Positions 18,865-28,789 of a DNA stretch of 60,677 nucleotides are shown here, one piece after another. The stretch's first letter is position 1. The number at the start of each line of letters is the position of its first letter. Source of the stretch: an uncultured virus (IMG/VR IMGVR_UViG_3300027754_000050) (Duplodnaviria; Heunggongvirae; Uroviricota; Caudoviricetes); the IMG/VR virus record IMGVR_UViG_3300027754_000050. One strand, given 5' to 3'. Made by a program: the position numbers and the translations under genes. Below the pieces are notes generated by a model. The model made no database searches. It was not told the DNA's origin and saw only the letters and a list, made by a program, of their open reading frames with translations.

Positions 18865-19162
18865 CGATACACTCCTTGTTATTTGGGATACTGCTCTATA
18901 AGGTACAATTAAACCTCTTCATCGTCACACATTCGGTCAAAAACCAAGTCTTGGGTGGCGACACAAGCCGATATTCCTAGAACAAATCCTGCCAGAAGGA
19001 TAGACCAGTCGATGCAGTCCATATTTATCATTGCTTATTACTCCTTTTATAAAAAGCACCACCCGCCCCGTGCTGACCTTCACTGTTATACAGTACCTAA
19101 TGCACAAGGGGCGAGCGGTGTTATTTTAGCAACTACGAGGCGACACATCCTATTAGGTACAA

Positions 19163-19531
19163 TTATCGACTACGCCATGCTGCTCCACTTTCAGTAACTT
19201 TCTTCCTTGCAGCGACTTTCCTTACAAGTTTCTTATTTTTTCGCAGCCCAATAAGAGCGTCAAACAACATACGCTCCTTATAGTCATTTCCGTATTCATT
19301 TTGGAATGTTTTTACAAGTTTCCTGAACTCTGGTGTATAAGGGAGTTTGTCTGTAGCCAACGTTTGCATGTGATATAGTCGAATAAGCAGTGCTGTTTGT
19401 GCTGAACTGAGTGCTTCCACACATGCTTTGAGAGAGCCTGTGGGCGACGGATGCTTGGAAAATTTCTTTTCATTATTCATAAATGATCCTTTGGGGGTTA
19501 GTGCAACTTCTGTTTCGATTTCTTTTGTCAT
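19163..19531 (-). CDS. hypothetical protein
   Basis: 122 aa; stop inside a variant motif. Confidence 0.7.
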   Translation of the reverse strand: MTKEIETEVALTPKGSFMNNEKKFSKHPSPTGSLKACVEALSSAQTALLIRLYHMQTLATDKLPYTPEFRKLVKTFQNEYGNDYKERMLFDALIGLRKNKKLVRKVAARKKVTESGAAWRSR

Positions 19532-19534
19532 TAT

Positions 19535-20188
19535 TCAATCTCGTTTTGGTAGCCCGAGTAGGAACCCTTTTGCTCTTGTCATCATATCGCCAGTGATTTT
19601 CGGCATAGGTGTTTTGTATTCATTACTGCACAAATCGCTATTCAAAAAATCGTCATCCCAAAGAATAGTATTTGCTAAAGGCCCTAAGATAACATAGCTC
19701 CAATCTTCTATGTTGTCGCACTTTGGGTCGATGTAGTTTTCTTCCTCATCGTCGGGAAGCTGTTCCCTCTCGGCCTCGCTGACGATTTTTCTCATCCGGT
19801 ATTGGAGCCCTTCTTCGAGTTCCCCCTTCTTTATCGCATCCTCGTAGTAGCTCATCATGTCTATTTCGGACTCCACAGCACAATTTATCATCTCGAAGAC
19901 TGCGTAGACGCTGCTCTCGTTCCACTGAAATAATTCGGGGGGTTTACAATTGGTGGTCAAGCACCTTGTTATTTCGGCAATTGCATAAAGTTTTTTCTTA
20001 TTAGAGAACTTGTCGTATGGTGCGGAGCAAACGTCATCTTTTGTAGATATGTCCTCTCCATCGCCGCCTCCCCATTTACAGTAGCCTAACTCTAACCAGT
20101 TGTCGATTGCCTCGTAAACTCCTTCAAGGAACAACTTCTTGAATTTTCCTTCGATTATGAGTTCTCTGCTTGCCGGTGCGTGCCACAT
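19535..20188 (-). CDS. hypothetical protein
   Basis: 217 aa. Confidence 0.8.
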   Translation of the reverse strand: MWHAPASRELIIEGKFKKLFLEGVYEAIDNWLELGYCKWGGGDGEDISTKDDVCSAPYDKFSNKKKLYAIAEITRCLTTNCKPPELFQWNESSVYAVFEMINCAVESEIDMMSYYEDAIKKGELEEGLQYRMRKIVSEAEREQLPDDEEENYIDPKCDNIEDWSYVILGPLANTILWDDDFLNSDLCSNEYKTPMPKITGDMMTRAKGFLLGLPKRD

Positions 20189-20227
20189 TCTTTCTATCCT
20201 TTGGTTTACCGAGTGAATCAGACAATC

Positions 20228-20461
20228 TTACTCTTCTAGGAATAGTTCTGCAAGCACATCTTTTCGCCATTGAGTAAGTCCTGCTTCGGCAACAGCAGTC
20301 TTTTCAATCGCCACTTTTTGTAGTTCTTCTGCACGTTCTACGGTCATTCCGTCTAAACCAGAGGTTAGCCAGCCTGTTGCGGTAAGGTAGACGTATCCGT
20401 CATCATCGGAAGGAAGATTTTTCCCAAACCTCCCAAATTTGCTTTTGTGGTATACTATCAT
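20228..20461 (-). CDS. hypothetical protein
   Basis: 77 aa, RBS. Confidence 0.65.
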   Translation of the reverse strand: MIVYHKSKFGRFGKNLPSDDDGYVYLTATGWLTSGLDGMTVERAEELQKVAIEKTAVAEAGLTQWRKDVLAELFLEE

Positions 20462-20506
20462 CTTCTTCTCCTGCCCTAATAAGGTACAATTAAAACCATT
20501 TTTCGG

Positions 20507-20875
20507 TCATACAGCAGCACATTCTTTATTCTCTAAAATATCTTCTAATTTAACCGGCGGTTCTCCCATCCATTTTTGTGGTCGAATGTGGGTGAACCAA
20601 TCTTGGATGCTGGGGATGAATCCGCAATCTTCTTTAACGTGTTGTTCCCCGATCCATCTTGTAGGGATAATCCGTCCTGTACTAAGAGTGATTGTATGTC
20701 CAAACAGACGTTCACACATAAAAATACCTTCGGCATGATGCCGCAAGGCTCTATGTCTGAAATCTGCCCACATTTCCTTACTACCATCAAACCAATCGTG
20801 AATGGACTGATAATCCTCAGTCACTCCACCCCATTTTTTGACGCTGCTGAGACTATGATGATAAGGGTTTGCCAT
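20507..20875 (-). CDS. DUF6915-like protein
   Basis: P..H..SS.KKWGG..EDY..IH.WFD.SK...D.RHRALRHHAEGIF...GEQHV.ED, recognised from memory. Confidence 0.75.
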   Translation of the reverse strand: MANPYHHSLSSVKKWGGVTEDYQSIHDWFDGSKEMWADFRHRALRHHAEGIFMCERLFGHTITLSTGRIIPTRWIGEQHVKEDCGFIPSIQDWFTHIRPQKWMGEPPVKLEDILENKECAAV

Positions 20876-21046
20876 TTTTTTATCCTTGTGCTAGATAAGG
20901 TACAATTATAATTTACTCGCCCTTCTTCTCCCACTCAAAGCGATATGAATAATTTAAAATATGGTACGGGTGGTACGCCCATAGAGTAGTGGCCGAGCCA
21001 AAGTTCTTCATATCTTTTTTTGGTTAAACCGTACACAACGCTCCTT

Positions 21047-21310
21047 TCAAACTATGTCATTTCTGTTTGACTCAAGTGCGCCGTCGAGACACAGTCTTCC
21101 TGTGGGAGCGTCTTGGTTTATGTTTCCCCAAACAGTTACCCATACGCTTCCTTCGTGATACTCGATGCCTATTGGAGCGCCAGAACCGCTTTCGCTGGAG
21201 TAGTCTCCATAGCCGTCTACTTGCACGTAAATGCTGTTGCCTAAAAACTCTACGGCGCAAGAAACTGTTTTACCGCTTTCACGATCTTTCAACTCATATT
21301 GTTGGGCCAT
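21047..21310 (-). CDS. hypothetical protein
   Basis: Start adjusted to MAQQY. Confidence 0.7.
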   Translation of the reverse strand: MAQQYELKDRESGKTVSCAVEFLGNSIYVQVDGYGDYSSESGSGAPIGIEYHEGSVWVTVWGNINQDAPTGRLCLDGALESNRNDIV

Positions 21311-21344
21311 GCTTATTCCTCTCCTGTGGGTACAGATGTCACTC

Positions 21345-21674
21345 TTAACCATAAATCACTTCTCCAAAAATCACAAGTTGAATGTACGCATCAAAGTCGG
21401 TCGCATCGGCTTGACAAAGCCAATCATCACAGACTTCCTTATTCAGCAGGAGTCCCTGCGGCACTGGAGTTAGTCCCTTGCTCCATTTGTCTGTAAAGAG
21501 GCTAGGAACTGCCGACAGTAGCTTTTTCTTACCTAATTTATAAACAACTTCATCTTCATCCTCGAAAATATACTTCCACTTATCATAGTGCCACCCAAGG
21601 CAGCGTAGGCTAGAGCCTGAGCTTGCTTCGGGAAAGTTTTCCATGATGTTTTTCACAAGATATTCGTTTAGCAT
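21345..21674 (-). CDS. hypothetical protein
   Basis: 109 aa. Confidence 0.75.
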   Translation of the reverse strand: MLNEYLVKNIMENFPEASSGSSLRCLGWHYDKWKYIFEDEDEVVYKLGKKKLLSAVPSLFTDKWSKGLTPVPQGLLLNKEVCDDWLCQADATDFDAYIQLVIFGEVIYG

Positions 21675-21735
21675 AGTTTAAACCCTTACGTATCAATAAC
21701 CTGCCACACACTATAAGGTACAATTAAAGATATAA

Positions 21736-22119
21736 TTACATTTTAAGAATATAAAGGCGTTTACCACCACTCACAACAGTATTTACTCGGATCATCTCGT
21801 AGTTGTCAGAATCTCCATCAATCTTCCAATACGGGTTGATTTTGGGATCGTAAACCACTCTCGGCAATTCTTGAACAGAAATATTTGCTTCGTGAGTAAA
21901 GCTCTGGCATTCTACCCATCCGCACACATCACGAACTTGACTCTTGAAGACTTTTTTAGCCTTGCCGGTATTGCTTCGTAGAGTACAATCCACTAATTCT
22001 AGCTGAACAATTGCTGGATCAAAATACTCTACCTTGTCACGTTGTCCCTTGACAACCGTGCGAATCTGCCAATGCTTGAAGTGAACTCCTGCCCCACGAT
22101 GAAATCTTACTTTATACAT
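21736..22119 (-). CDS. phage hypothetical protein
   Basis: 127 aa, RBS. Confidence 0.8.
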   Translation of the reverse strand: MYKVRFHRGAGVHFKHWQIRTVVKGQRDKVEYFDPAIVQLELVDCTLRSNTGKAKKVFKSQVRDVCGWVECQSFTHEANISVQELPRVVYDPKINPYWKIDGDSDNYEMIRVNTVVSGGKRLYILKM

Positions 22120-22178
22120 TACATACTCCTTTTTGGATTGGATTACCTATCACATAAGGTACAATTAAAAACGCTGGA

Positions 22179-22775
22179 TTACTTGGTGCAAGTTCTGATA
22201 TACTCCACCAACTCTACATTTTTTGGATCAGCAATAGCTTCTACTAGTAGCCGAGTGTGCAGTGCTTTTGGCATAGGTTTACCCTTACAGTGGAGCAGTA
22301 GGAAATGGCAGTCGAACACATTCCGCTCACTGTCAGAGCATTCTTCGTCATTTTCGTACAGCATATCGCTCCATGATTCCTCGATCTGTTCTCGCTCTCC
22401 ATCTTCATTTTCATCCTCACCATCTTCAACATCTGTGTAGTCTACGCCAGAAAGCTCAACAGTTCCATTTATTGCATTCCATTCTACTGACCCAGAAACA
22501 AAGTACCCACCACCATCAGCAAAACTGCCATGTTTATCCCAGATTGGTTCACTCAGGTTTTCCTCGCTGTCAATCCATTCTGGATTACAACCGTCTATCA
22601 TCTTTCCGTCACCATCGTATACCCATATTTCGTCCACGCACCCACTGTCTCCACCCCCGCTGTAGCTGACGGTGATCTTGCCAATCCCAGATGCTGCCAT
22701 GTATGCAAACAACCTTCTTTCATAACATCCGTATGATAGTTGATTATACAAAGCTTCTTCGTTTTCGTTAGACAT
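22179..22775 (-). CDS. DUF6878-like protein, paralog of 24986-25615
   Basis: YSGGGDSG motif; DNA identity with the paralog. Confidence 0.7.
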   Translation of the reverse strand: MSNENEEALYNQLSYGCYERRLFAYMAASGIGKITVSYSGGGDSGCVDEIWVYDGDGKMIDGCNPEWIDSEENLSEPIWDKHGSFADGGGYFVSGSVEWNAINGTVELSGVDYTDVEDGEDENEDGEREQIEESWSDMLYENDEECSDSERNVFDCHFLLLHCKGKPMPKALHTRLLVEAIADPKNVELVEYIRTCTK

Positions 22776-22873
22776 TTTATATTCCTTTTTGAACTGTTAA
22801 TAGTACATCCTATAAGGTACAATTATTACTCCTCCTTGAATTATCGAATCTGCGAACACCCTATAAGGTACAA

Positions 22874-23221
22874 TTATATCTGTGTGCCCTCTAGGTCAAT
22901 TAGTGTTTCTGGATCAAGTAGTTTGACTCTCGCCATCATCCTCCGAACACTATCCATGTCCGAATTGCTTCCTCCGACTGACTCCCCCTCTTCCAGACAT
23001 GACTCAAGCCACGCAATCAAACTATTCCGACTAATTAGCCTCAGCGGGACACAATCGTATTCTTTAAAGCTCTCTTCATTCACAGCAACGCACAAATCCT
23101 CCAGAAGTCGCCAAGCAGCATCATAATGTTGGAAGACTGCCGCTCCGTCGATGAATGCAACTTTTTTCGGGGCAGGCAACATTCTCTTCCACCGCTCCAA
23201 ATTATTTTCTTCCACCAGCAT
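22874..23221 (-). CDS. hypothetical protein
   Basis: 115 aa; stop inside the motif. Confidence 0.7.
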   Translation of the reverse strand: MLVEENNLERWKRMLPAPKKVAFIDGAAVFQHYDAAWRLLEDLCVAVNEESFKEYDCVPLRLISRNSLIAWLESCLEEGESVGGSNSDMDSVRRMMARVKLLDPETLIDLEGTQI

Positions 23222-23242
23222 TGTTTTCTCCAGATAAAAGGT

Positions 23243-23611
23243 TCACGATCCGTTTGAAACGGCCCAGACTGGCAACCAGTTCCGCTCGACTCCCCCAACG
23301 ACTCTCCCACCGATCTGACCGTGAACAGTGCCACCAACATCTCCGCAAATGTCCTCGCCAACGCTGCCGCCAATACGCTTGCCGACGCTTCCACCGACGC
23401 TGAATCGGATGTCGCCGCCGACGCTGCCGCCAACGTCCCCGCCGATGTCGCCGCTGATTTTACCCTCAACGCTACCAACGTCTCCTTCAACGCATTCTAC
23501 GTTTCCGTAAACACTACCAACGTTTCCGTAAACGCATCCGACTACCCACTCCCCGTCGAGTTGTGAGAAAGACACCAAGTCCAGCACTTCGGCCATAGTA
23601 ATTTTTTTCAT
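23243..23611 (-). CDS. Gly-Val repeat (G[SD]VG) beta-helix-like protein
   Basis: Tetrapeptide-like repeats, RBS. Confidence 0.7.
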   Translation of the reverse strand: MKKITMAEVLDLVSFSQLDGEWVVGCVYGNVGSVYGNVECVEGDVGSVEGKISGDIGGDVGGSVGGDIRFSVGGSVGKRIGGSVGEDICGDVGGTVHGQIGGRVVGGVERNWLPVWAVSNGS

Positions 23612-23629
23612 CTTCTTCTCCAGTAAAAT

Positions 23630-23803
23630 TTAGTTTACACGAATCATCATGTGACCATCATTCGGACATTTCTTTGAACCGGGAATTTCATATTCTTGAA
23701 TTAACTTGCACTTTGGGCAGCGATACTTATAAACCTTATTCGCCGCAAAAGCGGTGCTTCCCAAAACAACAAACAACAAAGTTAAAATCAATCTACGTTT
23801 CAT
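23630..23803 (-). CDS. 57-aa signal-peptide-bearing protein with CPKC/CPND motifs
   Basis: Hand-translated. Confidence 0.6.
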   Translation of the reverse strand: MKRRLILTLLFVVLGSTAFAANKVYKYRCPKCKLIQEYEIPGSKKCPNDGHMMIRVN

Positions 23804-23814
23804 ATTTTCTTTCT

Positions 23815-24066
23815 TTATTCTAGGTCTTCTAAAAACATTGGAGTTCCATCACCAACATATGCTCCGATAATATTATATTCAAAATACTCTTCGGCTTCTT
23901 CACAGGTCATCCATTCCATAAGTTTTTTAATGACTTTAGATTTGTCGTATATTACCTTATACTTATCGAAGGAACGACCAAGACCGATTACTGCATCGTC
24001 AAAACCATCTGCAAATAAAACATCAATTTCGTTTTCAGCACAAAACTTTTCGATTCGATCTTTCAT
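23815..24066 (-). CDS. phage hypothetical protein (ADGFDDAVIG...NIIGAYVG..TP)
   Basis: Common phage pattern; start adjusted. Confidence 0.8.
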   Translation of the reverse strand: MKDRIEKFCAENEIDVLFADGFDDAVIGLGRSFDKYKVIYDKSKVIKKLMEWMTCEEAEEYFEYNIIGAYVGDGTPMFLEDLE

Positions 24067-24192
24067 AATAATCTCCCTAATAAAAGGCAAAGCAGACACG
24101 ACAAACTCCTACGACTAGAAATGTCCTACCCATAGGGTAGAGAGCCGCAGCCGGTTGGGGATGCGTTGCCGTGCCTGCTTTGCCAAATACGT

Positions 24193-24315
24193 TTATGACC
24201 TGTAACACAAACGATACAAACGATTCAGAACAACCTTTAGTGTGCCTGTTTTCCATGCCCACAAAAAGTCCATTACGATCATTCCAGCCACAAAACATAA
24301 AATTCCTAAGATCAT
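24193..24315 (-). CDS. small membrane peptide
   Basis: Hydrophobic 40 aa after AAGGA. Confidence 0.5.
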   Translation of the reverse strand: MILGILCFVAGMIVMDFLWAWKTGTLKVVLNRLYRLCYRS

Positions 24316-24329
24316 AATCAATTCCTTCC

Positions 24330-24593
24330 TTATGCTGCTTTGCGCGGGCCTCGATAAAACTTCACTCGTCGCCGTGCTGCCAACTGTTGCAGAGCAGGAA
24401 GGCTCAATGAAACTCGTTCGACCTTGCCCTTCAAGTTGCCACAACCACGCACGCCATTCAGAACATGATCCAGCAACCACTGATAACCACCGCTGAGTCC
24501 ACGATCCTTCAGAACGGCAGCGATTTCCCGTTCTGTCTTAGCATCATACTTGAATGAACCTTCAGGGCGAAAGTTCTTTTTCCTACCGTCCAT
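24330..24593 (-). CDS. hypothetical protein
   Basis: 87 aa, RBS. Confidence 0.7.
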   Translation of the reverse strand: MDGRKKNFRPEGSFKYDAKTEREIAAVLKDRGLSGGYQWLLDHVLNGVRGCGNLKGKVERVSLSLPALQQLAARRRVKFYRGPRKAA

Positions 24594-24657
24594 TATAAAA
24601 CTCCTTGTTTATTCTCTCTGATTTCACTACACACTACATAAGGTACAATTAAAATTC

Positions 24658-24936
24658 TCATTCACACTCAGAAATCGGGCAGCACTTAAAAAACTTATCC
24701 CGTTCGATTCTTCCACCGATTGACATGAGTTCCGATAGCGTAAAATATCCCATTTCACGTTCCATGCCGCAAACAACACCAAAAAACGTATCTTCCCCGT
24801 CAAACTCTGTGGCATACCAAGTCCACGATGAGTATGGATCAAAAAACTTTACATGAGCAATGGCGGATTCACCAGACTCGTCCTGATCCCCTAACTTGGG
24901 CAACGCACCCAGTATCTCTTTCGTCAAAAGTTTCAT
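24658..24936 (-). CDS. DUF2958 protein
   Basis: KFF.P....TWY.TE.D....FFG.V.G.E.E.GYF.L.EL. Confidence 0.8.
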   Translation of the reverse strand: MKLLTKEILGALPKLGDQDESGESAIAHVKFFDPYSSWTWYATEFDGEDTFFGVVCGMEREMGYFTLSELMSIGGRIERDKFFKCCPISECE

Positions 24937-24985
24937 CTTAATAATTCCTTTTCTTGTGGGACACACCCTATAAGGTACAATTAAA

Positions 24986-25615
24986 CTACGTGCTTTGCGG
25001 CAGAAGTTTCATATATTCAATCAATTCTACGCTTTTTGGATTGCAAATAGCTTCTGCTACAACACGAAGGTGCATTTCCTTTGGAAGTGGCTGAACACAT
25101 TTTGCGTACAGCAGCAAAAAATGTACGTCGAATCCTTGTTCTTCGGAAATAATGCTCGACACTTTACCTTCTCGAAATCTGTCCTCGGAATCGTATAATT
25201 CATCACACCATTCCGATGCTTCCTGTTCATGTTCGCTATCGTAGGCTAGTTCCTGAGCTTCCTCGTCCTCAGAATCAACTTCTGGATACACATCGTTGTA
25301 GTCTGTCCCAGACATTTCAACGGTTCCATTTATTGCATTCCATTCTACCGCACCAGAAACAAAGAAACCGCCACCATCAGCAAAACTGCCGTGTTTATCC
25401 CAGATTGGTTTTTCAAGGTGTTCCTCTTTATGAATCCATTCTGGACTTGCGATACACTTTCCTTCGGCATTGCATACCGTGCGGCTATCAATACACCCGC
25501 TGTCCCCGCCACCACTATATTCGAGTGTAATCGTGCCGATCCCAGTTGCACGCATGAATGCAAACAACCTTTTTTCATAGCATCCAGTTGCAAGATCGGA
25601 CAAATTAGTTTTCAT
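24986..25615 (-). CDS. DUF6878-like protein
   Basis: YSGGGDSG motif. Confidence 0.7.
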   Translation of the reverse strand: MKTNLSDLATGCYEKRLFAFMRATGIGTITLEYSGGGDSGCIDSRTVCNAEGKCIASPEWIHKEEHLEKPIWDKHGSFADGGGFFVSGAVEWNAINGTVEMSGTDYNDVYPEVDSEDEEAQELAYDSEHEQEASEWCDELYDSEDRFREGKVSSIISEEQGFDVHFLLLYAKCVQPLPKEMHLRVVAEAICNPKSVELIEYMKLLPQST

Positions 25616-25669
25616 GGCATTACCTTTGGGTCTAATGTGAGTTCGTCACATTCATAAGGTACAATTAAA

Positions 25670-26995
25670 TTACGTGTCTCTGTCTTCTTCATAGAGATAT
25701 TTAAAAGTTGGAAATCTTAGGCTAATGCCGCCTTTTTCATTCGTTGTTTCCTCAAAATACTGCACATTTATAAGTTTTCCCACAATATTGGAGGGATTTT
25801 TATAAAATTCTTGTCTTTGTTCCACCGAGAATCCTGATCCAACTCCAACGTAGTTGTTTTTATGAAGAATTATAACGCTGGAAAGCATAGTTTCTTCACA
25901 TTCCTTGCCATCCTTAATGTATCTGAATGGCCCCATCTCTGTGTTTACAACCTCGTATTCTGCGTCAGAAAAGGCTTTATATTTTAACAGGTCTTTTGAC
26001 CGTTTACCTTTGTATGGCTTGTCTGCACGAAGCATGAGCCCTTCCCATCGACTCACGCTTGATACTTCGATAAGGGTTTTAAAAGCATCATCATTTTCTA
26101 CCAGTATTTGTTCTAAAACAGTTAAACACAGTCCAGAGTTTTTATCCATAATTTCTTTGAGTTTATTAAATCTATTCCCAAAGGCATTATTGACTTTGCC
26201 TTTTTGGGTGTAAAATTCATCCTGACTCAAAATATCAAACAACTTATACGATGGATTTGGTATTGTGTGGTCTTTCTTGCGTAATTCTTTCATTACTCCT
26301 TGAAAATCTTCATTTCCAAGACTGTCCACTAAGCACAGTTCTCCATCTAGCACAACATTATTAACTCCTAAATCCTTAATGGCATCCGCAACAACTCCAA
26401 GAGTATAAAATGGCTTGCCTGTGCGAGAAAAGAAGGATGCGTTTCCAGTGCTGTCAACTATGGCAATACATCTCACACCATCAATTTTACGACTAACATA
26501 CCAACCATTATCCCAATTCACATTTTTAGCGTCATATTTATCTGCCAAAGCAACTTCAAAAGTAGGAATAAGGTCTGGAACAACCTTATTTATGATTTTA
26601 TCTCCTGCTCTCGTCTTTAGGTCTTTATCGAGTATGTTATGAATTAGTTCTTTGTGCTCAGGGTACTGTGAAACAAATGTATTAACTGCTCCGATAGCAT
26701 CATGTCCAGTAATGGTTCTGTTCTTTAGATCATCTAAAAGAACAAAAATATCTTTCTCCTGTGGTCGAAGAGCATGTGCCACCAATTCGCTCTTTTTTAG
26801 CAAGTTATCGCTTGTAACAAAGAATTGATACGTTGGATGATAAACGTATTGTATAAGCCTGAGTAAATCTTGGCTATGATAATTGGTTACTAAGTGTTTT
26901 TTCAGAATAGCAATCTTATCATTGCTACTGCTAGTTCCCTTGAGTTCCTCTACAAGGGTGCTCAAATCTTTCAACAACGATCTTGTATCTTGCAT
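25670..26995 (-). CDS. ATP-dependent DNA ligase (T4 gp30-like)
   Basis: SRKIDGVRC, LDGEL, FDIL, EGLMLR, LLKYK, VGSGF, SLRFP. Confidence 0.92.
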   Translation of the reverse strand: MQDTRSLLKDLSTLVEELKGTSSSNDKIAILKKHLVTNYHSQDLLRLIQYVYHPTYQFFVTSDNLLKKSELVAHALRPQEKDIFVLLDDLKNRTITGHDAIGAVNTFVSQYPEHKELIHNILDKDLKTRAGDKIINKVVPDLIPTFEVALADKYDAKNVNWDNGWYVSRKIDGVRCIAIVDSTGNASFFSRTGKPFYTLGVVADAIKDLGVNNVVLDGELCLVDSLGNEDFQGVMKELRKKDHTIPNPSYKLFDILSQDEFYTQKGKVNNAFGNRFNKLKEIMDKNSGLCLTVLEQILVENDDAFKTLIEVSSVSRWEGLMLRADKPYKGKRSKDLLKYKAFSDAEYEVVNTEMGPFRYIKDGKECEETMLSSVIILHKNNYVGVGSGFSVEQRQEFYKNPSNIVGKLINVQYFEETTNEKGGISLRFPTFKYLYEEDRDT

Positions 26996-27546
26996 TTTAG
27001 TCTCTTTTGTTTTGTCACCCGTATACCCTTTAAGGTACAATATTTTTTTGCACCTAGATACTTCTTCACATATTTATCCGAACTATCAATCATGCCAAAA
27101 ACTATCATTTTGTTGTGCATGGTTGACGGCAACCGACCTTTAATCACATCTTTTGCGTAAGTGTACAGCCAACATGGGCACATCACGGCTAGTTCTGGTG
27201 TCCAGATGCATCGGAGTACATCTTTTGCATACAGATAAGACAACTCTGAATCTTTTATTATTGCGGCTTCTCCAAGTTCGAATCTTCCGCCTATTACATC
27301 TTTTGCATAAAAAGAAGAACACCATGCATCGGCACTTATCGCAGCTTCGCCAAGATGGAATCGAGCTTTTAATACCTGTCTTGCATAATAAAAAGAATAA
27401 TATGTATGTTGGCTGATAATCTGTTCTAGCGATTCACGATCCTTATGGTTAGGATCGCCGGATAATATCTCATACGCTTGATGTGCGTCGGAAAACCAGG
27501 GACCTCGCGCAAAAGCTACCGGTGCCGGTCGAAAAACTTTAATCAT
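26971..27546 (-). CDS. 26-aa repeat family protein (dispersed paralog)
   Basis: YA..VI.GRF.LGEAAI repeats plus GRLP..MHNKM C-terminal module. Confidence 0.85.
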   Translation of the reverse strand: MIKVFRPAPVAFARGPWFSDAHQAYEILSGDPNHKDRESLEQIISQHTYYSFYYARQVLKARFHLGEAAISADAWCSSFYAKDVIGGRFELGEAAIIKDSELSYLYAKDVLRCIWTPELAVMCPCWLYTYAKDVIKGRLPSTMHNKMIVFGMIDSSDKYVKKYLGAKKYCTLKGIRVTKQKRLKCKIQDRC

Positions 27547-27722
27547 TTTTTACCATCAACGTCGGAAAAAACTGCTTATTGAATCTATTATACAAGCGAT
27601 AGATTGCGTAGTTTCACAATCAGTTCCTAACATTTGTCCGAAACGAATTAAGCACAAACTTCTGATTAAAGCTGACCAGTTTACCTTCATTTTGGCCTCC
27701 TTGCCTATGTTATAAGGTACAA

Positions 27723-28493
27723 TTAAAATATGAAGTCTTCTGGAATCTCCTGTTCACTTCCTAGTGTATCGGCAAACTCAGACTCCAATAAATCTAAAAA
27801 GTACAAATCTTTCTGTCTGTTTTGAATGGCATCAACAAGAGTTCTTACAGTTTCAATTACGCTTTGACTTTTTCCATACGCTTCACCTTCTGTTCCAAAA
27901 ACACACCAGCATGGAACTTCTATAAAAGATGCTATAGTTTTATTTTCCTTAATACCAACTTTTATAGTGATATAATGTTCTCGGTCATCTCTAACTTCTA
28001 TTACTTTTTCTTTTTCTTTTATATCAAAAATAACATCTTTTGATAAAGGAAAAAAGTTTTCTATTGCCATGCTGCAATAACTCTTTAAAGATTCCCAATA
28101 ATTGTCTTGAAAATGTACAGTGTCATTCGATCTAATTTTCCTTATATTTTGAATAGATTCCTTGCCAACATGATATATCACACCTTCAGCATATACCTGT
28201 AAGCGGTCGCTCCATTCTGCGTCGATTATTTCATCAATTGTTGTGACTACACCGCGAACCCATTTTGTTTCGTTAGAATCTATTTTGATGAAAACTTGTG
28301 ATTCCATTGCGTTCTCCAATAAATATTTTGCATGCTTCACATCTTTACATTTAGAACAAGCTCTATAGATTTTTTTGTTATTATGGTCAACTACATTTTC
28401 TGATAGTTCTTCACTACCACAAGTACATTCGTGTGGTAGACGATAAAATCGTCCCAAGTTGTTTAATTCTGATTTAATACTCATAAATTTCAC
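27723..28493 (-). CDS. hypothetical protein with an N-terminal zinc finger
   Basis: CTCGS...CSKC. Confidence 0.75.
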   Translation of the reverse strand: MKFMSIKSELNNLGRFYRLPHECTCGSEELSENVVDHNNKKIYRACSKCKDVKHAKYLLENAMESQVFIKIDSNETKWVRGVVTTIDEIIDAEWSDRLQVYAEGVIYHVGKESIQNIRKIRSNDTVHFQDNYWESLKSYCSMAIENFFPLSKDVIFDIKEKEKVIEVRDDREHYITIKVGIKENKTIASFIEVPCWCVFGTEGEAYGKSQSVIETVRTLVDAIQNRQKDLYFLDLLESEFADTLGSEQEIPEDFIF

Positions 28494-28789
28494 TTACTCC
28501 AACGAATGATCCACCGTTTGAACCGCAACCACGGTGTGTCGAGTCTGTTCTCACAGATGTACTTCTTATAAGCCCACTCAATCGCCTCATCAGCACTGCC
28601 GTCTGTCACTGCAATGTTGCAATCGTCGCAACGCATGCATGGCACAGCAAACACAGGCACAGCATACATCTTGCCGTCGATACGCATATTCCGAGTATCG
28701 CTGAACGTATACACAAGGAATGGTTTGCCGCAGCCATAGCAGCAAACAGGTTTGTACTTCGCCGTATCAGTCTTCATCATTGTTCTCAA
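28490..28789 (-). CDS. zinc-finger protein (YgiT/MqsA-N-like spacing)
   Basis: CYGC...VPC..CDDC. Confidence 0.6.
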   Translation of the reverse strand: MRTMMKTDTAKYKPVCCYGCGKPFLVYTFSDTRNMRIDGKMYAVPVFAVPCMRCDDCNIAVTDGSADEAIEWAYKKYICENRLDTPWLRFKRWIIRWSK

